A stretch of 64,000 bases of DNA from Chloroflexota bacterium (GTDB lineage: Bacteria > Chloroflexota > UBA11872 > UBA12225). Shown here in pieces: positions 17,109 to 28,007 of this stretch (positions are counted from its first letter, which is position 1; every line of letters starts with the position of its first letter). The stretch is taken from assembly GCA_009693165.1 (NCBI GenBank), contig SHXX01000003.1:2721-66720 (forward strand). The letters run 5' to 3'. Below the pieces are notes generated by a model, which saw nothing but the letters and a program-made list of their open reading frames with translations, was not told where the DNA came from and made no database searches. The position numbers were made by a program, and so were the translations under genes.

Positions 17109-19088
17109 TCATCGGAATGCCCATGACGCCGCCAACACTAGAAATGCACCGACCAGCATGGTCACGGCGTACCCACGTACGTACCCGTCCTGGCTGGCGC
17201 GGAGGAGCGACCCGGCGCCATGGACCGTCCTCACCACGAGCGTCACGCTTCCACCAATGACCGCAAGGTCAAACGAAGCAAGGAACGACGCAATGCGTGC
17301 CACGTTGCCCACAATCGCCACCCGGTAGAAGTCGTCCAAGTACCAACGTGCTTCGAACAACCGTGTTATCGGACTGAAGATCATCGCGAGCGCGACCGGA
17401 TTTACCGCGCCTGACAGGTACAGCAACCCGGCCAGACTGACGCCAACCAGTGCAACCATCACCGACATTCCGGTCAGGACAATCTCGGTCAGATGCTCAA
17501 GCGTGCCTTCCCACACCCCAGTAGCGGCGACCGCGGGTGCGAGGAAAACCTCAATCGCCGAGTCGGGGGAAGTTCCTCCGGTGAGGAACGATGGCACCCC
17601 AATCCATCCAACAACAACCGAGCCAATTGCAAGGACGACCAATGGGACAAGCATGGAAATCGGGGACTCATGTGGCGTCACCGCGTGACCATGGCCATCG
17701 ACACCGCCGCGGAAGTCACCAAAGAATGCAAGGAACACCATCCGCGACATGTAGAAGGCGGTGATACCGACCGTCAGGAGTGCAAGCCCATAGAGGCCAA
17801 GGTAGATCGGGTCAATGAGCCCACGCGCAAAGGTGCGGGCAAGGATGAGGTCCTTGGAAAAGAACCCAGACAGGCCCGGTGCGCCAATGATTGCCAGCCA
17901 ACCAACCACGAAGGTCCAGGTGGTCACCGGCATGTAGCGACGCAACCCACCCATCCGTCGCAAGTCCTGCTGTTCGTGCAGACCGTGGATCACTGAGCCG
18001 GCCCCGAGGAACATCAATGCCTTGAAGAACGCATGGGTCATGAGGTGAAAGACGGCAGCCGCGTATGCACCTGACCCAAGCGCAAGAACCATGAAACCGA
18101 GTTGGCTCACCGTAGAGTACGCGAGCACACGCTTGATATCGGTCTGGACAACCGCGACGGTCGCTGCGACAAATGCCGTGAGGGCACCGATCGTTGCCAG
18201 CACGAGCAGTGCGTCGGCCGATTGGTCGTACAGCAGGTGCGCCCGAGCCACCAGATACACGCCACCAGTCACCATCGTGGCGGCGTGGATCAAAGCGGAA
18301 ACGGGCGTCGGACCCTCCATCGCATCTGGCAACCAGACGAACAGAGGAATCTGCGCCGACTTTCCGGTCACTCCAAGAATGAGAAGCATCGGAATGGCAA
18401 AAGCGATGGCCTGTGTTGCCAACACCCGGCCTGGGTCGTCAAAGACGCCCGTCGACACTCCACCCGGACCGCCAAAGAAATCGAACGTGCCCCAATTCAC
18501 CCAGATCAGAAAGAGGGCAATGAGTACTCCAAAGTCACCAATGCGGTTCGTGATAAAGGCCTTCTTGCCAGCGGCTGCGGCAGAAGGGCGCGTGAACCAG
18601 AAACCAATCAGCAGATAGGAACACAGTCCGACCAGCTCCCAACCGACGAACATCAGAAGGAAGTTGTTCGCTAGCACTAGGACAAGCATCGAGAACGTGA
18701 ACAGGTTCAGGTACACGAAATAGCGAGCGTATCCGGGTTCCTCTGCCATGTAGCCCGCTGAGTACATGTGGATTAGCAAGCCGATACCGGCGACCACCAG
18801 CACCATGACACTGGAGAGCGGGTCGAGCAAAAGGCCAATGTCTGCCACATGAACCGCACCGGTACCCGCACCCCACGAAATCCAGTCAAAGAGGCGCAAC
18901 TGGAACCCATGCGGTGCCGACAGTGACATGAACGATGAAACAGCGCTCACTCCAACGAAGAACGAGAGAGCAACCGACCCGATTGCGATCAACGACACCA
19001 TCGTCCGGCCCAACTGCCGACCAAACGCCAGGTTCGCGACGGCGCCAAGCAGAGGGAAAACCGGGACCAGCCAGAGTTGTTCGAGCAT
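17109..19088 (-). CDS. nuoL: NADH-quinone oxidoreductase subunit L
   Basis: 659 aa, ND5 family with a long C-terminal extension typical of NuoL. Confidence 0.85.
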   Translation of the reverse strand: MLEQLWLVPVFPLLGAVANLAFGRQLGRTMVSLIAIGSVALSFFVGVSAVSSFMSLSAPHGFQLRLFDWISWGAGTGAVHVADIGLLLDPLSSVMVLVVAGIGLLIHMYSAGYMAEEPGYARYFVYLNLFTFSMLVLVLANNFLLMFVGWELVGLCSYLLIGFWFTRPSAAAAGKKAFITNRIGDFGVLIALFLIWVNWGTFDFFGGPGGVSTGVFDDPGRVLATQAIAFAIPMLLILGVTGKSAQIPLFVWLPDAMEGPTPVSALIHAATMVTGGVYLVARAHLLYDQSADALLVLATIGALTAFVAATVAVVQTDIKRVLAYSTVSQLGFMVLALGSGAYAAAVFHLMTHAFFKALMFLGAGSVIHGLHEQQDLRRMGGLRRYMPVTTWTFVVGWLAIIGAPGLSGFFSKDLILARTFARGLIDPIYLGLYGLALLTVGITAFYMSRMVFLAFFGDFRGGVDGHGHAVTPHESPISMLVPLVVLAIGSVVVGWIGVPSFLTGGTSPDSAIEVFLAPAVAATGVWEGTLEHLTEIVLTGMSVMVALVGVSLAGLLYLSGAVNPVALAMIFSPITRLFEARWYLDDFYRVAIVGNVARIASFLASFDLAVIGGSVTLVVRTVHGAGSLLRASQDGYVRGYAVTMLVGAFLVLAASWAFR

Positions 19089-19108
19089 GTTCGTCCTGTC
19101 GCGCCTAT

Positions 19109-19426
19109 CTAGCCACGGAGCCAGTTCACGTCGTCGATGTCCACACTGCGACGACTGCGAAAGATGTCCACGATGATTGCAAGCCCAACAGCCACCTCAG
19201 CCGCCGCAACCGCCATCACGAAGAAGACGATGATCTGACCATCCAACCGGCCAAAATGCCGTGCAAACGCCACGAAACTCAAGTTAACGGCGTTAAGCAT
19301 CAGTTCGACAGACATGAACATCGTCAACGCACTCTTCCGAAGCATGACGCCCATGGCGCCAATCCCGAAGAGAACCGCACTAAGGATCAGGTACGCCTCC
19401 GTGGGCACGGTCGTCGGAAAATTCAT
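19109..19426 (-). CDS. nuoK: NADH-quinone oxidoreductase subunit K
   Basis: 105 aa with 3 TM, ND4L-like ([17 protein letters not shown]). Confidence 0.8.
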   Translation of the reverse strand: MNFPTTVPTEAYLILSAVLFGIGAMGVMLRKSALTMFMSVELMLNAVNLSFVAFARHFGRLDGQIIVFFVMAVAAAEVAVGLAIIVDIFRSRRSVDIDDVNWLRG

Positions 19427-19503
19427 CGTGTCATCATCCCGCTCAAGCCCGAAACCCCATCAAGGCACCTGGGCAGTTGAGGTGTTTTCCTTCAATTGAC
19501 CCC

Positions 19504-20064
19504 TCATGCGTGTTCCGTCCGCTTGCGTACCAGAACCGACGCACCAAGGATTGCCACCAAGAGCAGCACGCTTGTTACTTCAAATGGGAACAGATAACGC
19601 GAGAACAGCGTCGCTGCAACCTCCTGCACGTGTCCGGCCTCCGCGGCACCAACACCCTTCAGCATGATGCCGGCACCAGATGTCGGGTCCGCAATCCTGG
19701 GAGGGATTGATGCGTTCTCGCCCATCTTGCTTCCAAAACCCACGCCAGCCAGCACCGCAGCAAACATCACCGCGGTGACGACGCCAAAAGGACGAAGGAA
19801 CCCAAGAACCTTGTCAAGAGGCTCCGGATACGCGACGTTCAGCAGCATGATGACAAAGAGCATCAGCACCATGATTGCGCCCGCATAGACCGCCACCTGC
19901 ACCACGGCGAGAAAGTACGCGCCGAGCAGAATGAAGAACACCGCAAAGCAGAAGAAATTCAGCACAAGGAACAGGGCGCTGTACATCGCATTCCGCTGCA
20001 GCACCATGAATAGCGCCGCAGTGACCGAAATCGCTGCAAAGACTGCAAAGACGACAAACTCCAT
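19504..20064 (-). CDS. nuoJ: NADH-quinone oxidoreductase subunit J
   Basis: 186 aa ND6-like membrane subunit, placed by operon order. Confidence 0.8.
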   Translation of the reverse strand: MEFVVFAVFAAISVTAALFMVLQRNAMYSALFLVLNFFCFAVFFILLGAYFLAVVQVAVYAGAIMVLMLFVIMLLNVAYPEPLDKVLGFLRPFGVVTAVMFAAVLAGVGFGSKMGENASIPPRIADPTSGAGIMLKGVGAAEAGHVQEVAATLFSRYLFPFEVTSVLLLVAILGASVLVRKRTEHA

Positions 20065-20095
20065 CGTAGCTTCCTGCCGAGAACTTCCGGCTTGC

Positions 20096-20614
20096 CTAGC
20101 CGGGCATCCAAGAGTCGGTCGCCTCGCGCTTGGGCGCGGGTGCGAGCAACGTTTCCTTGCTATAGATCATCGATTCGCGCGTGTAGTCGGCCAGTTCGAA
20201 CACCTTCTTCAACTGCAATGCCTCGGTCGGGCACGCCTCCACGCAGAAGCCACAGAAGATGCAGCGGATCATGTTCACGATGTAGGTCTTGGCGTAGCGT
20301 TCCCCGATTGACACCGGGGCATCTGGCGGGTTCTCGGCACCTTCCACAAAGATTGCCTTCGAGGGGCAGGCAAGTGCGCACAGTTCGCACCCGACACACT
20401 TTTCCAGGCCATTGTCATGGCGCTCAAGCTCGTGGCGTCCCCGATGGCGTGCCGATATTCGAGGCCGTTCCTCCGGATACTGGATCGTCACGGGCTTCTG
20501 GAACATGTAGCCCAGCGTCACACCCAGGCCGCGTGCGAGTGCCGTGACGTCAGCCACCGCCCCGGACAGCGCATTCGCCGGCGGGGGCGGAGACTTCACT
20601 TCCACAAACGCCAC
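20096..20614 (-). CDS. nuoI: NADH-quinone oxidoreductase subunit I (2x[4Fe-4S] ferredoxin)
   Basis: Two CxxCxxCxxxCP motifs (CVGCELCALACP and CIFCGFCVEACP). Confidence 0.9.
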   Translation of the reverse strand: MAFVEVKSPPPPANALSGAVADVTALARGLGVTLGYMFQKPVTIQYPEERPRISARHRGRHELERHDNGLEKCVGCELCALACPSKAIFVEGAENPPDAPVSIGERYAKTYIVNMIRCIFCGFCVEACPTEALQLKKVFELADYTRESMIYSKETLLAPAPKREATDSWMPG

Positions 20615-20719
20615 GGTTTTTCTCCTCTCGTATCACGGCACACCCCACCAGCGACCTCGGTTGACAAATGGTCAAGGAACGAGCTGCGTCGCCACCTGCC
20701 TGCTTTCAGTCCAATTCTG

Positions 20720-21823
20720 CTACTGCGCGAACGGCCAAACCCCCAACGGCCAAAGTGCCACTACCGCCGAAGTCAGCAGCAGGTTCACCAGCGCAATCGG
20801 CAGGAGGACCTTCCATCCAAGTGACATCAGTCGGTCGAAACGCAGACGCGGAAACGTCGCCCGTAACCAGATGAACATGAACATGAAGGCGCCAATCTTG
20901 ATGAGAAAGACGATAGGTCCAAGGCCCTGGATGAAGCCTGGGGCATCGGTCGGGATCGGCCACCAACCACCAAGGAACAGGACCGTGGCCAATGCCGAGA
21001 TGTTGATCATGTTCACGTACTCGGCCATGAAGAACATCGACCACTTGAAACCCGAGTACTCGGTATGGAACCCAGCACCCAACTCCCCTTCGGCCTCAGC
21101 CATGTCGAATGGGGACCGGTTTGACTCGGCAACACCCGCAATCACGTAGATAACGAATGCCACCAGCCCGAACGGCAGGTACAGGGCATACGGCAATCCG
21201 CTGGCAACTTGCTGGTTCACGATCTCGTACAGGTTCAGTGAACCAGCTAGGACCAAGGCAGTCATCGCCGCCAGCCCCTGGGCAAGTTCATAGCTGATCA
21301 CCTGCGCCGAAGCACGGAGCCCACCCAAAAGGGCGTACTTGCTATTCGACGCCCAACCGGCAAGGACCAGGCCATACACGCCTACCGAAGCAATCGCGGT
21401 CGCGTAGAGGTAACCGACGTTGATTTTCGCAACGTACCAAGTCCACGGCTGCCCGAGGATCCGCATCTCGGGGCCAAGCGGGATGACCGCGAAAATGATG
21501 AGCGCCGGGATGAGCGCCATCATGGGGGCAACCGTGTGGACCCAGAAGTTCGCCTGCCTGGGCGTGATGTCTTCCTTGAAGGCAAGCTTGATCCCGTCCG
21601 CAATTGGTTGCAGCAACCCGAACGGTCCGACCCGGTTCGGGCCGAACCGCGCCTGCATCCGGCCGAGGACCTTACGTTCGGTCAATGTCATGTACGCGAA
21701 CGCAAGAAGGAGTCCGTTCACGATGACGAACGCCTTGATCAGTGCAGTAATGACGGCCAGGATGATGTCCCAGGTCGCGCCGTCCAGGCCAAATAATCCG
21801 TCCATTATCGTTTCATTGGGCAT
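20720..21823 (-). CDS. nuoH: NADH-quinone oxidoreductase subunit H
   Basis: 367 aa ND1 family, placed by operon order. Confidence 0.85.
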   Translation of the reverse strand: MPNETIMDGLFGLDGATWDIILAVITALIKAFVIVNGLLLAFAYMTLTERKVLGRMQARFGPNRVGPFGLLQPIADGIKLAFKEDITPRQANFWVHTVAPMMALIPALIIFAVIPLGPEMRILGQPWTWYVAKINVGYLYATAIASVGVYGLVLAGWASNSKYALLGGLRASAQVISYELAQGLAAMTALVLAGSLNLYEIVNQQVASGLPYALYLPFGLVAFVIYVIAGVAESNRSPFDMAEAEGELGAGFHTEYSGFKWSMFFMAEYVNMINISALATVLFLGGWWPIPTDAPGFIQGLGPIVFLIKIGAFMFMFIWLRATFPRLRFDRLMSLGWKVLLPIALVNLLLTSAVVALWPLGVWPFAQ

Positions 21824-21979
21824 ATGAAAGGGTTGCGTTGCCGGCTAGGATGCTAAGAAGAGTGTCTTCACAAACCAGCCGCACCATTGCGCCGATGCAC
21901 GGTACGTTGCGTCGGTGAGGATACCCCGCCTCCACGGGTGTGCCTCTCCTCAAATCTCGCTGTGGGTATGTCTGTGCCA

Positions 21980-24544
21980 TCAGCGCCCACCTATCAAGGC
22001 CGTCTCCTGAACCGGAGATAGTGACACGACGGTGAATGCAACACCGTGTCGTGCCACCGCATTGATGCGTGGCGACCCGAGATTGTCGGGGGCGAAGCAC
22101 ACACCAGCGGGGACACGGCCATTGACCCGCAAAATGCGCTCAACCGCGCCTCCCGGACCGTGTACCTCGACATTCGTCCCGTCCACAAGCCCGAGCCGGG
22201 AGGCATCATCGCGGTTGATTTCAACGTAGGCATCGGGCACGGTGGTGAGCAGTTCGGGGGTTTCGGCAACGATGGTCTCGTTGCCGACGAGTTCGCTCCA
22301 GGTCACCAACGTGAGGCCGTCACCGGGTTCGAACACAGGCACCGGGGCTATTGTCGGCCAAGAGTCCGTGTGAACCGCGCCAGTGGGTTCGCGAGTAATC
22401 GCCCCCTCACTTCCCGGCAACTTGCCACCCAGACTGGCGTACGCTGGGATATCGGCAAGCAAGTCACGCGTCACTTCTGACGTTGCAACGTACCCGAGGC
22501 CTAGCCCCATTTCCCCCGAAAGGTCACTCAGGATCCTCCAATCCGGCAGCCGATCCGGTGACGGTCGCACGGCCTGGTACAGGCGTTGGATGCGTCCCTC
22601 GAGATTCGTGATGGATCCATCCTTCTCGGCGATGCTGACCGCGGGAAAGACCACGTCCGCATGGGCCGCCGTCTCGGTCGCAAAGAGTTCGTGAACCACC
22701 ACGACTTCGGCGGCTTCAAGCGCCGCAAGCGCCTGCGCACGGTCTGGATGAGTGGCAACGACGTTCTCGCCAACGAGATACAGCGCCTTGATCTGACCCG
22801 ACGCAGCGCGCGCGATGATCTCCCCAGCCGGCACTCCACCAACCCCGGGTACGAGACCCGCGAACTCGGCGCCACGGCCATTTGCCCCCTCGACAAAGAA
22901 GTTCACGCTCTCGGGATGCCCAAGTGCGCGTCCCAAGTTCCCCAGTGCCGTGCCGAGCGACGGGGAATCCTGACGGATAGCCAACCGTGCACCCGCATAC
23001 ACCACGGGGTTCTTCGCACTGGCCAGGGTTGCCGCGACCGCACGGATCGTCTCGGGCATCACCCCGGCGTGTCGTGCCGCCACCTCCACCGTGATGCCAC
23101 CAATCGCCTCTGAAAGTCCTGAAAGGTCGCGTGCTACCCCTTCACCATCAACCGGCGGGGTCTCGACAAGGGCGGCGAGGATGCCAGTGACAAGGGCGAC
23201 CTCACTGCCTGGCCGATGACGCAGACGCTGGAAGGCAATCCGGTCTGCCTCCGTTGCTCGCGGGTTTGCAACGATCAGCTTGGCCCCGGCCTTCGCACCC
23301 TTGCGGATGCGCAGCCACTGCACAGGAACTTCGTCGTAGACATCGCTGCCGATCAGGAAAATCGCGCCGGCCCCCTCGACTTGGGCGAGTGTCGTGTTGA
23401 AGGCATTCAAGCCGAACGGGGCAAGCGGGTTCGCCATTGCCGTCTCGGCACCGACCCGGAAGTCGACATTTGGCGTCTCGAGGACTTCAGCCGCAAACCT
23501 CGCCAAGGCATAGGCGTCCTCATTGGTCAGGTTGCGACCCCCGATGACACCGATGGCTGCGCCGCCGTGCATGTCCTTGACCGCCTGAAGGCGCACCGCA
23601 GCATTGCCATATGCCTCGGCCCATGTGGACGTCCGCAGATCACCACCATCTCCCGCCACCCATGGCCCCGAAAGCCGGTTTGGTGACGACGTGTAATGAT
23701 GGGCAAACCGGCCCTTGTCGCAGATCCAGATTTCGTTGACTGCCTCGTTCTGGCGGGGACGCACCCGAGCGACCTCGTTCGAACGCGTGTCCAACATGAC
23801 GTTGCACCCAACCGGGCACTGTCCGCAGACACTGTCTGCATGGTCAAGGTCTTGCGGGCGCGCCTTGAACCGGTACGTTTCACTCGTGAGCGCTCCGCAC
23901 GGGCACAAATCAATGATGTTTCCCTGGAAACGCGACTTCATCGGCTCGTCACCAATGGTGCGCAACTGCGAGGTGTACCCACGGTTGAAGAAGGAAAGTT
24001 CAGCCTCGCCGGGCACCTCATCCATGAACCGCGTGCATCGGAAGCACACGATGCACCGCTCCTGGTCAAGCACCACCAGTGGCGAAAGCGCTGCGCCCTT
24101 GCGCGCCAGCCGTTTCTGCTCCTCGAAACGGCTTTCCTTTGGGCCCCATGCGTGCGAGTTGTCTTGAAGAGGGCATTCACCGCCCGCGTCGCACACCGGA
24201 CAGTCAAGCGGGTGGTTGATGAGGAGGAACTCAATGACGCCCTCACGTGCCTTCAGCGCACCAGGGGCCATGGTGTTGATAGTCATCCCGTTTGAAACGC
24301 GGGTCGTGCAACTGGTCATCATCGCGGGAGGCCGGGGCGGTTGGCCGGGAGGCGACGCCATTCCAATTTCACACATGCACATTCTGCATGCGCCCGCGAG
24401 CGACAGTTTCGGATGGTAACAGAAGACCGGCACGTCCACGCCCGCCGCCCGGGCGGCTTCCACCGCGAGCGTTCCCGCGGGCACGGTCACTTCGTGGCCG
24501 TCAACGGTCAGGGTCACGGTGGCGGGTGGCGGACTTGCGGTCAT
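21980..24544 (-). CDS. nuoG: NADH-quinone oxidoreductase subunit G (75 kDa, Fe-S / molybdopterin-like)
   Basis: 854 aa. The N-terminus carries 2Fe-2S and 4Fe-4S cysteine clusters (CYHPKLSLAGACRMC, CPVCDAGGEC). It lies between nuoF and nuoH. Confidence 0.9.
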   Translation of the reverse strand: MTASPPPATVTLTVDGHEVTVPAGTLAVEAARAAGVDVPVFCYHPKLSLAGACRMCMCEIGMASPPGQPPRPPAMMTSCTTRVSNGMTINTMAPGALKAREGVIEFLLINHPLDCPVCDAGGECPLQDNSHAWGPKESRFEEQKRLARKGAALSPLVVLDQERCIVCFRCTRFMDEVPGEAELSFFNRGYTSQLRTIGDEPMKSRFQGNIIDLCPCGALTSETYRFKARPQDLDHADSVCGQCPVGCNVMLDTRSNEVARVRPRQNEAVNEIWICDKGRFAHHYTSSPNRLSGPWVAGDGGDLRTSTWAEAYGNAAVRLQAVKDMHGGAAIGVIGGRNLTNEDAYALARFAAEVLETPNVDFRVGAETAMANPLAPFGLNAFNTTLAQVEGAGAIFLIGSDVYDEVPVQWLRIRKGAKAGAKLIVANPRATEADRIAFQRLRHRPGSEVALVTGILAALVETPPVDGEGVARDLSGLSEAIGGITVEVAARHAGVMPETIRAVAATLASAKNPVVYAGARLAIRQDSPSLGTALGNLGRALGHPESVNFFVEGANGRGAEFAGLVPGVGGVPAGEIIARAASGQIKALYLVGENVVATHPDRAQALAALEAAEVVVVHELFATETAAHADVVFPAVSIAEKDGSITNLEGRIQRLYQAVRPSPDRLPDWRILSDLSGEMGLGLGYVATSEVTRDLLADIPAYASLGGKLPGSEGAITREPTGAVHTDSWPTIAPVPVFEPGDGLTLVTWSELVGNETIVAETPELLTTVPDAYVEINRDDASRLGLVDGTNVEVHGPGGAVERILRVNGRVPAGVCFAPDNLGSPRINAVARHGVAFTVVSLSPVQETALIGGR

Positions 24545-24656
24545 CGTTCACGCACTCTCTGTCACATGATGGTCCGGGTGGTCTCCCCGGTCACCGGCAA
24601 CCCGAATAATGAGGTCGCCAAGCGTCCAGGATGGAATAGGATCAGGACTGTTGGAT

Positions 24657-26051
24657 TCACGACCAGCCAGCCGCAACCGGGACCCCCGACCCGGCAGCGG
24701 AAGATCTCGCATGCCCATTGCAGTACGCCTCGAACTCGGGCCGGAAAAGCCGCAATGCGGACGCAACCGAATTGACCGAGAAGTCACCGAGGGCGCACAA
24801 GGTCTTGCGTCCACCAATGTTCCGCGTCACATCCTCAAGGATGCCTAGATCTCGCGGACGGCCGTGTCCATGCGCAATCCGTCCCAGGACATCCTGCATC
24901 CAGTGGGTGCCCTCACGACATGGCACGCACTTTCCGCAACTCTCGCGGGCAAAGAACCCGGCCGCCCGCGCAACAACCTGCACGATGTCGGTCTCCTCAC
25001 CGTAGACGATGATCCCCCCGGCACCAAACCCGACCGGCCCGAATGGCGGATGCCAGTGAGGCGGCCTCGTCAGGGTTGCAGTATCCATCTGAACGTTGAG
25101 GTCGGTCCCCGGCAGCAACTGGCAGGCAAGCGCCCCAGGGCTTACCGCCTTCACCTTCTGGTTCCGCTTCATACCGCCTGCGTACTTGTAGATCAGGTCG
25201 TACAGCGTGGTGCCCATCGGCAGTTCATAGACGCCAGGACGATTGACATGCCCGGAAATCGTGTATAGCTTCGGTCCCGGACAAGCCGGCGCCCCAATGC
25301 TTGCGAACCACGCCGCTCCACGAACCAGGATGTGCGGGACACACATCAGTGTCTCGACGTTGTTGACCACAGTCGGACGTCCAAACAGGCCACCACCAAC
25401 CTCGATTGGAAAGGGAGGCCGGATGCGAGGTTGCGCTCGACGGCCTTCCAGGCTTTCCATCAGCGCGGTTTCCTCACCGCACACATATGCCCCAGCCCCA
25501 CGAGTGACCGAGATATCGACATTGACCCCCACCTTGCCGAGGATGTTCTTGCCGATATACCCGGCCGCATAGGCCTCCTTGATGGCGTGCTCAAGCACCT
25601 CCGCGCCGTACAGGTTCTCGCCCCGGATGTAGATGTACGCCTGCTGGATCCCGACCGCGACGCAGCATACAAGCATGCCCTCGATCAGTCCATGCGGGTC
25701 GGCATCGATTGCGTAGCGGTTGCCGTACGTACCCGGTTCAGACTCGTCAGCATTGACGACAAGGTGCCGGGGCCCGGGATTACGCTTCGTGCCTCCCCAT
25801 TTCACCCCGGTCGGAAACCCCGCGCCGCCCCGTCCCAGCAGTTTGCTATCAGTGACTTCCTTGATGACCGAATCAGGATCCATATCCTGCACGGCCTTCT
25901 TGAGACCCTGATACCCACCTCGTAACAGGTAGTCGGGCAGGAAACGTCCACCTTCGCGACCAACCGCGGTCATGAGAACCGGTTCCCACGGCAGCGGCTT
26001 ACCAGCACCGTGCTGGATGGGCGCGTCAGCGGCGAGTGGCGTCTGGGTCAT
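24657..26051 (-). CDS. nuoF: NADH-quinone oxidoreductase subunit F (51 kDa, FMN/NADH-binding)
   Basis: GAGAYVCGEETALMESLEG FMN site and C-terminal CGKCVPCREG 4Fe-4S motif. Confidence 0.9.
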   Translation of the reverse strand: MTQTPLAADAPIQHGAGKPLPWEPVLMTAVGREGGRFLPDYLLRGGYQGLKKAVQDMDPDSVIKEVTDSKLLGRGGAGFPTGVKWGGTKRNPGPRHLVVNADESEPGTYGNRYAIDADPHGLIEGMLVCCVAVGIQQAYIYIRGENLYGAEVLEHAIKEAYAAGYIGKNILGKVGVNVDISVTRGAGAYVCGEETALMESLEGRRAQPRIRPPFPIEVGGGLFGRPTVVNNVETLMCVPHILVRGAAWFASIGAPACPGPKLYTISGHVNRPGVYELPMGTTLYDLIYKYAGGMKRNQKVKAVSPGALACQLLPGTDLNVQMDTATLTRPPHWHPPFGPVGFGAGGIIVYGEETDIVQVVARAAGFFARESCGKCVPCREGTHWMQDVLGRIAHGHGRPRDLGILEDVTRNIGGRKTLCALGDFSVNSVASALRLFRPEFEAYCNGHARSSAAGSGVPVAAGWS

Positions 26052-26172
26052 CGTTCACGCACTCCCTCGATCAGTCGACGTCGGGCACATCCGCGCATCC
26101 CCGTGGACCGGACGTGTGAGATTGAAACTTCGGATCCACGCAACGGGTCCGCTTTTATGAACAGTTGTCGGC

Positions 26173-26769
26173 TCATGCCGCGGATCCTGGAGCCGGCGGC
26201 GCGTGGGTCTCCCAACCTTCAACCGGAATCGCCTGCGGACCATTCGCCATCGAAACCGACGGCTTGCCCTGGATCGAAAACGCTTCCATGTTCGCGAGGA
26301 AGGCGTCTACATCGGCCACATGCACCGGCCCATAGAACCGGAGGTCCACTTGCACGACCGGAGCGTAGTCGCACGCAGCAAGGCACTCGGTGGGCCTCAC
26401 ACTGAACTTGCCGTCCGGAGTCGTCTGCATGCCATGCCCGCCGTGACCGGCATCCAGTCCAAGTCGATCACAAATCCGGGCATACGTCTGGTCACTGCCA
26501 TTCAGGAAACAGGACGGGTTCTCGCAAACCTCGATCAACCGGTCACCGATCTTCCGGCGGTGAAACATCACGTAGAAACTGGCAACGGACGCCACATCGG
26601 TGGCATGAAGGTCGAGCAGTTCCCCTACTTCCTCAAAGACCTCCGGCCCAAGCCATCCGGCCTCCTCCTGCGCGAGCCAGAGCGACGGCATAAGTGCCGC
26701 CCGCTTGCTCGGGTACCGGGGGATGAACTCGTTGACGATGCGGTCACGTGCGGCCTGGCTGAGGGACAT
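26173..26769 (-). CDS. nuoE: NADH-quinone oxidoreductase subunit E (24 kDa, 2Fe-2S)
   Basis: Thioredoxin-like 2Fe-2S motifs (CENPSC...CLAACDYAP). Confidence 0.85.
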   Translation of the reverse strand: MSLSQAARDRIVNEFIPRYPSKRAALMPSLWLAQEEAGWLGPEVFEEVGELLDLHATDVASVASFYVMFHRRKIGDRLIEVCENPSCFLNGSDQTYARICDRLGLDAGHGGHGMQTTPDGKFSVRPTECLAACDYAPVVQVDLRFYGPVHVADVDAFLANMEAFSIQGKPSVSMANGPQAIPVEGWETHAPPAPGSAA

Positions 26770-27977
26770 CAGCGGTCAATCTCCCCAAGGACGATGTCAA
26801 TGCTCCCGATGCACGCCACAACATCGGCAACGAGGCCACCGGCGATCGTGTGTTGCAATACCTGAAGGTTGTAGAAGGATGGGCCGCGAAAACGCACCCG
26901 GTGCGGCTTGTTGCTGCCGTCACTCATGATGTAGGTCGCCTGCTCACCACGTGGAGATTCCACCGCGGCATATGCCTCGCCGGGTAACGGAACCGGCCCT
27001 TCCGACACAAGCTTGAAGTGATGGATCAGGCTTTCCATGCTCGAATGGATCTTCTCGCGCTTCGGAAACGTGATCCGTGGGTCATCGAGCCGGATCGGTG
27101 CACCGTTCAGAACCAACAACCGCTTCGCGCCTTGGTCAATGATGCGCACCGATTCGCGCATCTCCCGCATCCGGACCATGTACCTGGCGTAGACATCGCC
27201 TTCCTTGCTCCAGGCAACATCGAAGTCATACGTCTCGTAAGCGCAGTAGGGCAGATTCACTCGCACGTCGAACTCGACACCCGATGCACGCAGGCACGAG
27301 CCAGAGAACCCGTACTCGAGCGCCCCGTCGCGTGTGATGACACCCACGCCTCGCGTCCGGTCGATGAAGATCGGATTGCGACTGAGCAGAGTCTCGTACT
27401 CGTCGATCTTGCGTGGCATGATCCGGACGAATTCCGCGACCAACCCGGCAAAGTCATCGGGGACGTCAGCGACCAGTCCACCGATCCGCATGAAACTGGT
27501 CATCATCCGAACACCCGAGATGTTCTCCATGATGTCCAGGATCTGTTCGCGTTCGCGCCAGCAGTACATGAACACCGTCATGGCGCCAAGGTCAAGCGCG
27601 TGGGTACCGAGCCAGATCAGATGGCTGGCAATCCTTGTCAACTCGGACAGCATCACCCGCACGACCTGTGCCCGTTCCGGAACCTTGTCGCCGACATCGA
27701 ACAGCTTCTCGCAGGCCATGATGTAGGACAGGTTGTTCGTAATCGGCGCAAGGTAGTCAATGCGATCTGTCAGGACGAGGGCCTGATGGTAATTGCGCGC
27801 CTCGCACATCTTTTCGATGCCCGTATGCAGGTACCCCATGTCCGGAATGCACTGGGTGACGTTCTCACCCTCAAGTTCCAGCATCAGGCGCAACACACCG
27901 TGCGTGGACGGGTGCTGAGGCCCCATGTTCAGGAGCATCCGGCCGGATTCGGTACGAGTCTCCTCGAGCATCACCAT
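26769..27977 (-). CDS. nuoD: NADH-quinone oxidoreductase subunit D (49 kDa)
   Basis: 402 aa. It ends ...HRVRFRGPSFYNLQVLQH...IVLGEIDR, a NiFe-hydrogenase large-subunit-like fold. It is separate from nuoC, not fused. Confidence 0.9.
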   Translation of the reverse strand: MVMLEETRTESGRMLLNMGPQHPSTHGVLRLMLELEGENVTQCIPDMGYLHTGIEKMCEARNYHQALVLTDRIDYLAPITNNLSYIMACEKLFDVGDKVPERAQVVRVMLSELTRIASHLIWLGTHALDLGAMTVFMYCWREREQILDIMENISGVRMMTSFMRIGGLVADVPDDFAGLVAEFVRIMPRKIDEYETLLSRNPIFIDRTRGVGVITRDGALEYGFSGSCLRASGVEFDVRVNLPYCAYETYDFDVAWSKEGDVYARYMVRMREMRESVRIIDQGAKRLLVLNGAPIRLDDPRITFPKREKIHSSMESLIHHFKLVSEGPVPLPGEAYAAVESPRGEQATYIMSDGSNKPHRVRFRGPSFYNLQVLQHTIAGGLVADVVACIGSIDIVLGEIDR

Positions 27978-28007
27978 CGTCGTTGCTCCATGATCGCTCT
28001 CGGATTG

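Noticed and set aside
23216-24295. Plus-strand ORFs of 150-200 aa inside nuoG and nuoF (for example 23216..23686, 23696..24295) and many similar antisense ORFs across the nuo operon
   Set aside because: They lie entirely within well-supported nuo genes on the opposite strand, have Arg/Pro-rich composition and no motifs. They are GC-driven open frames.
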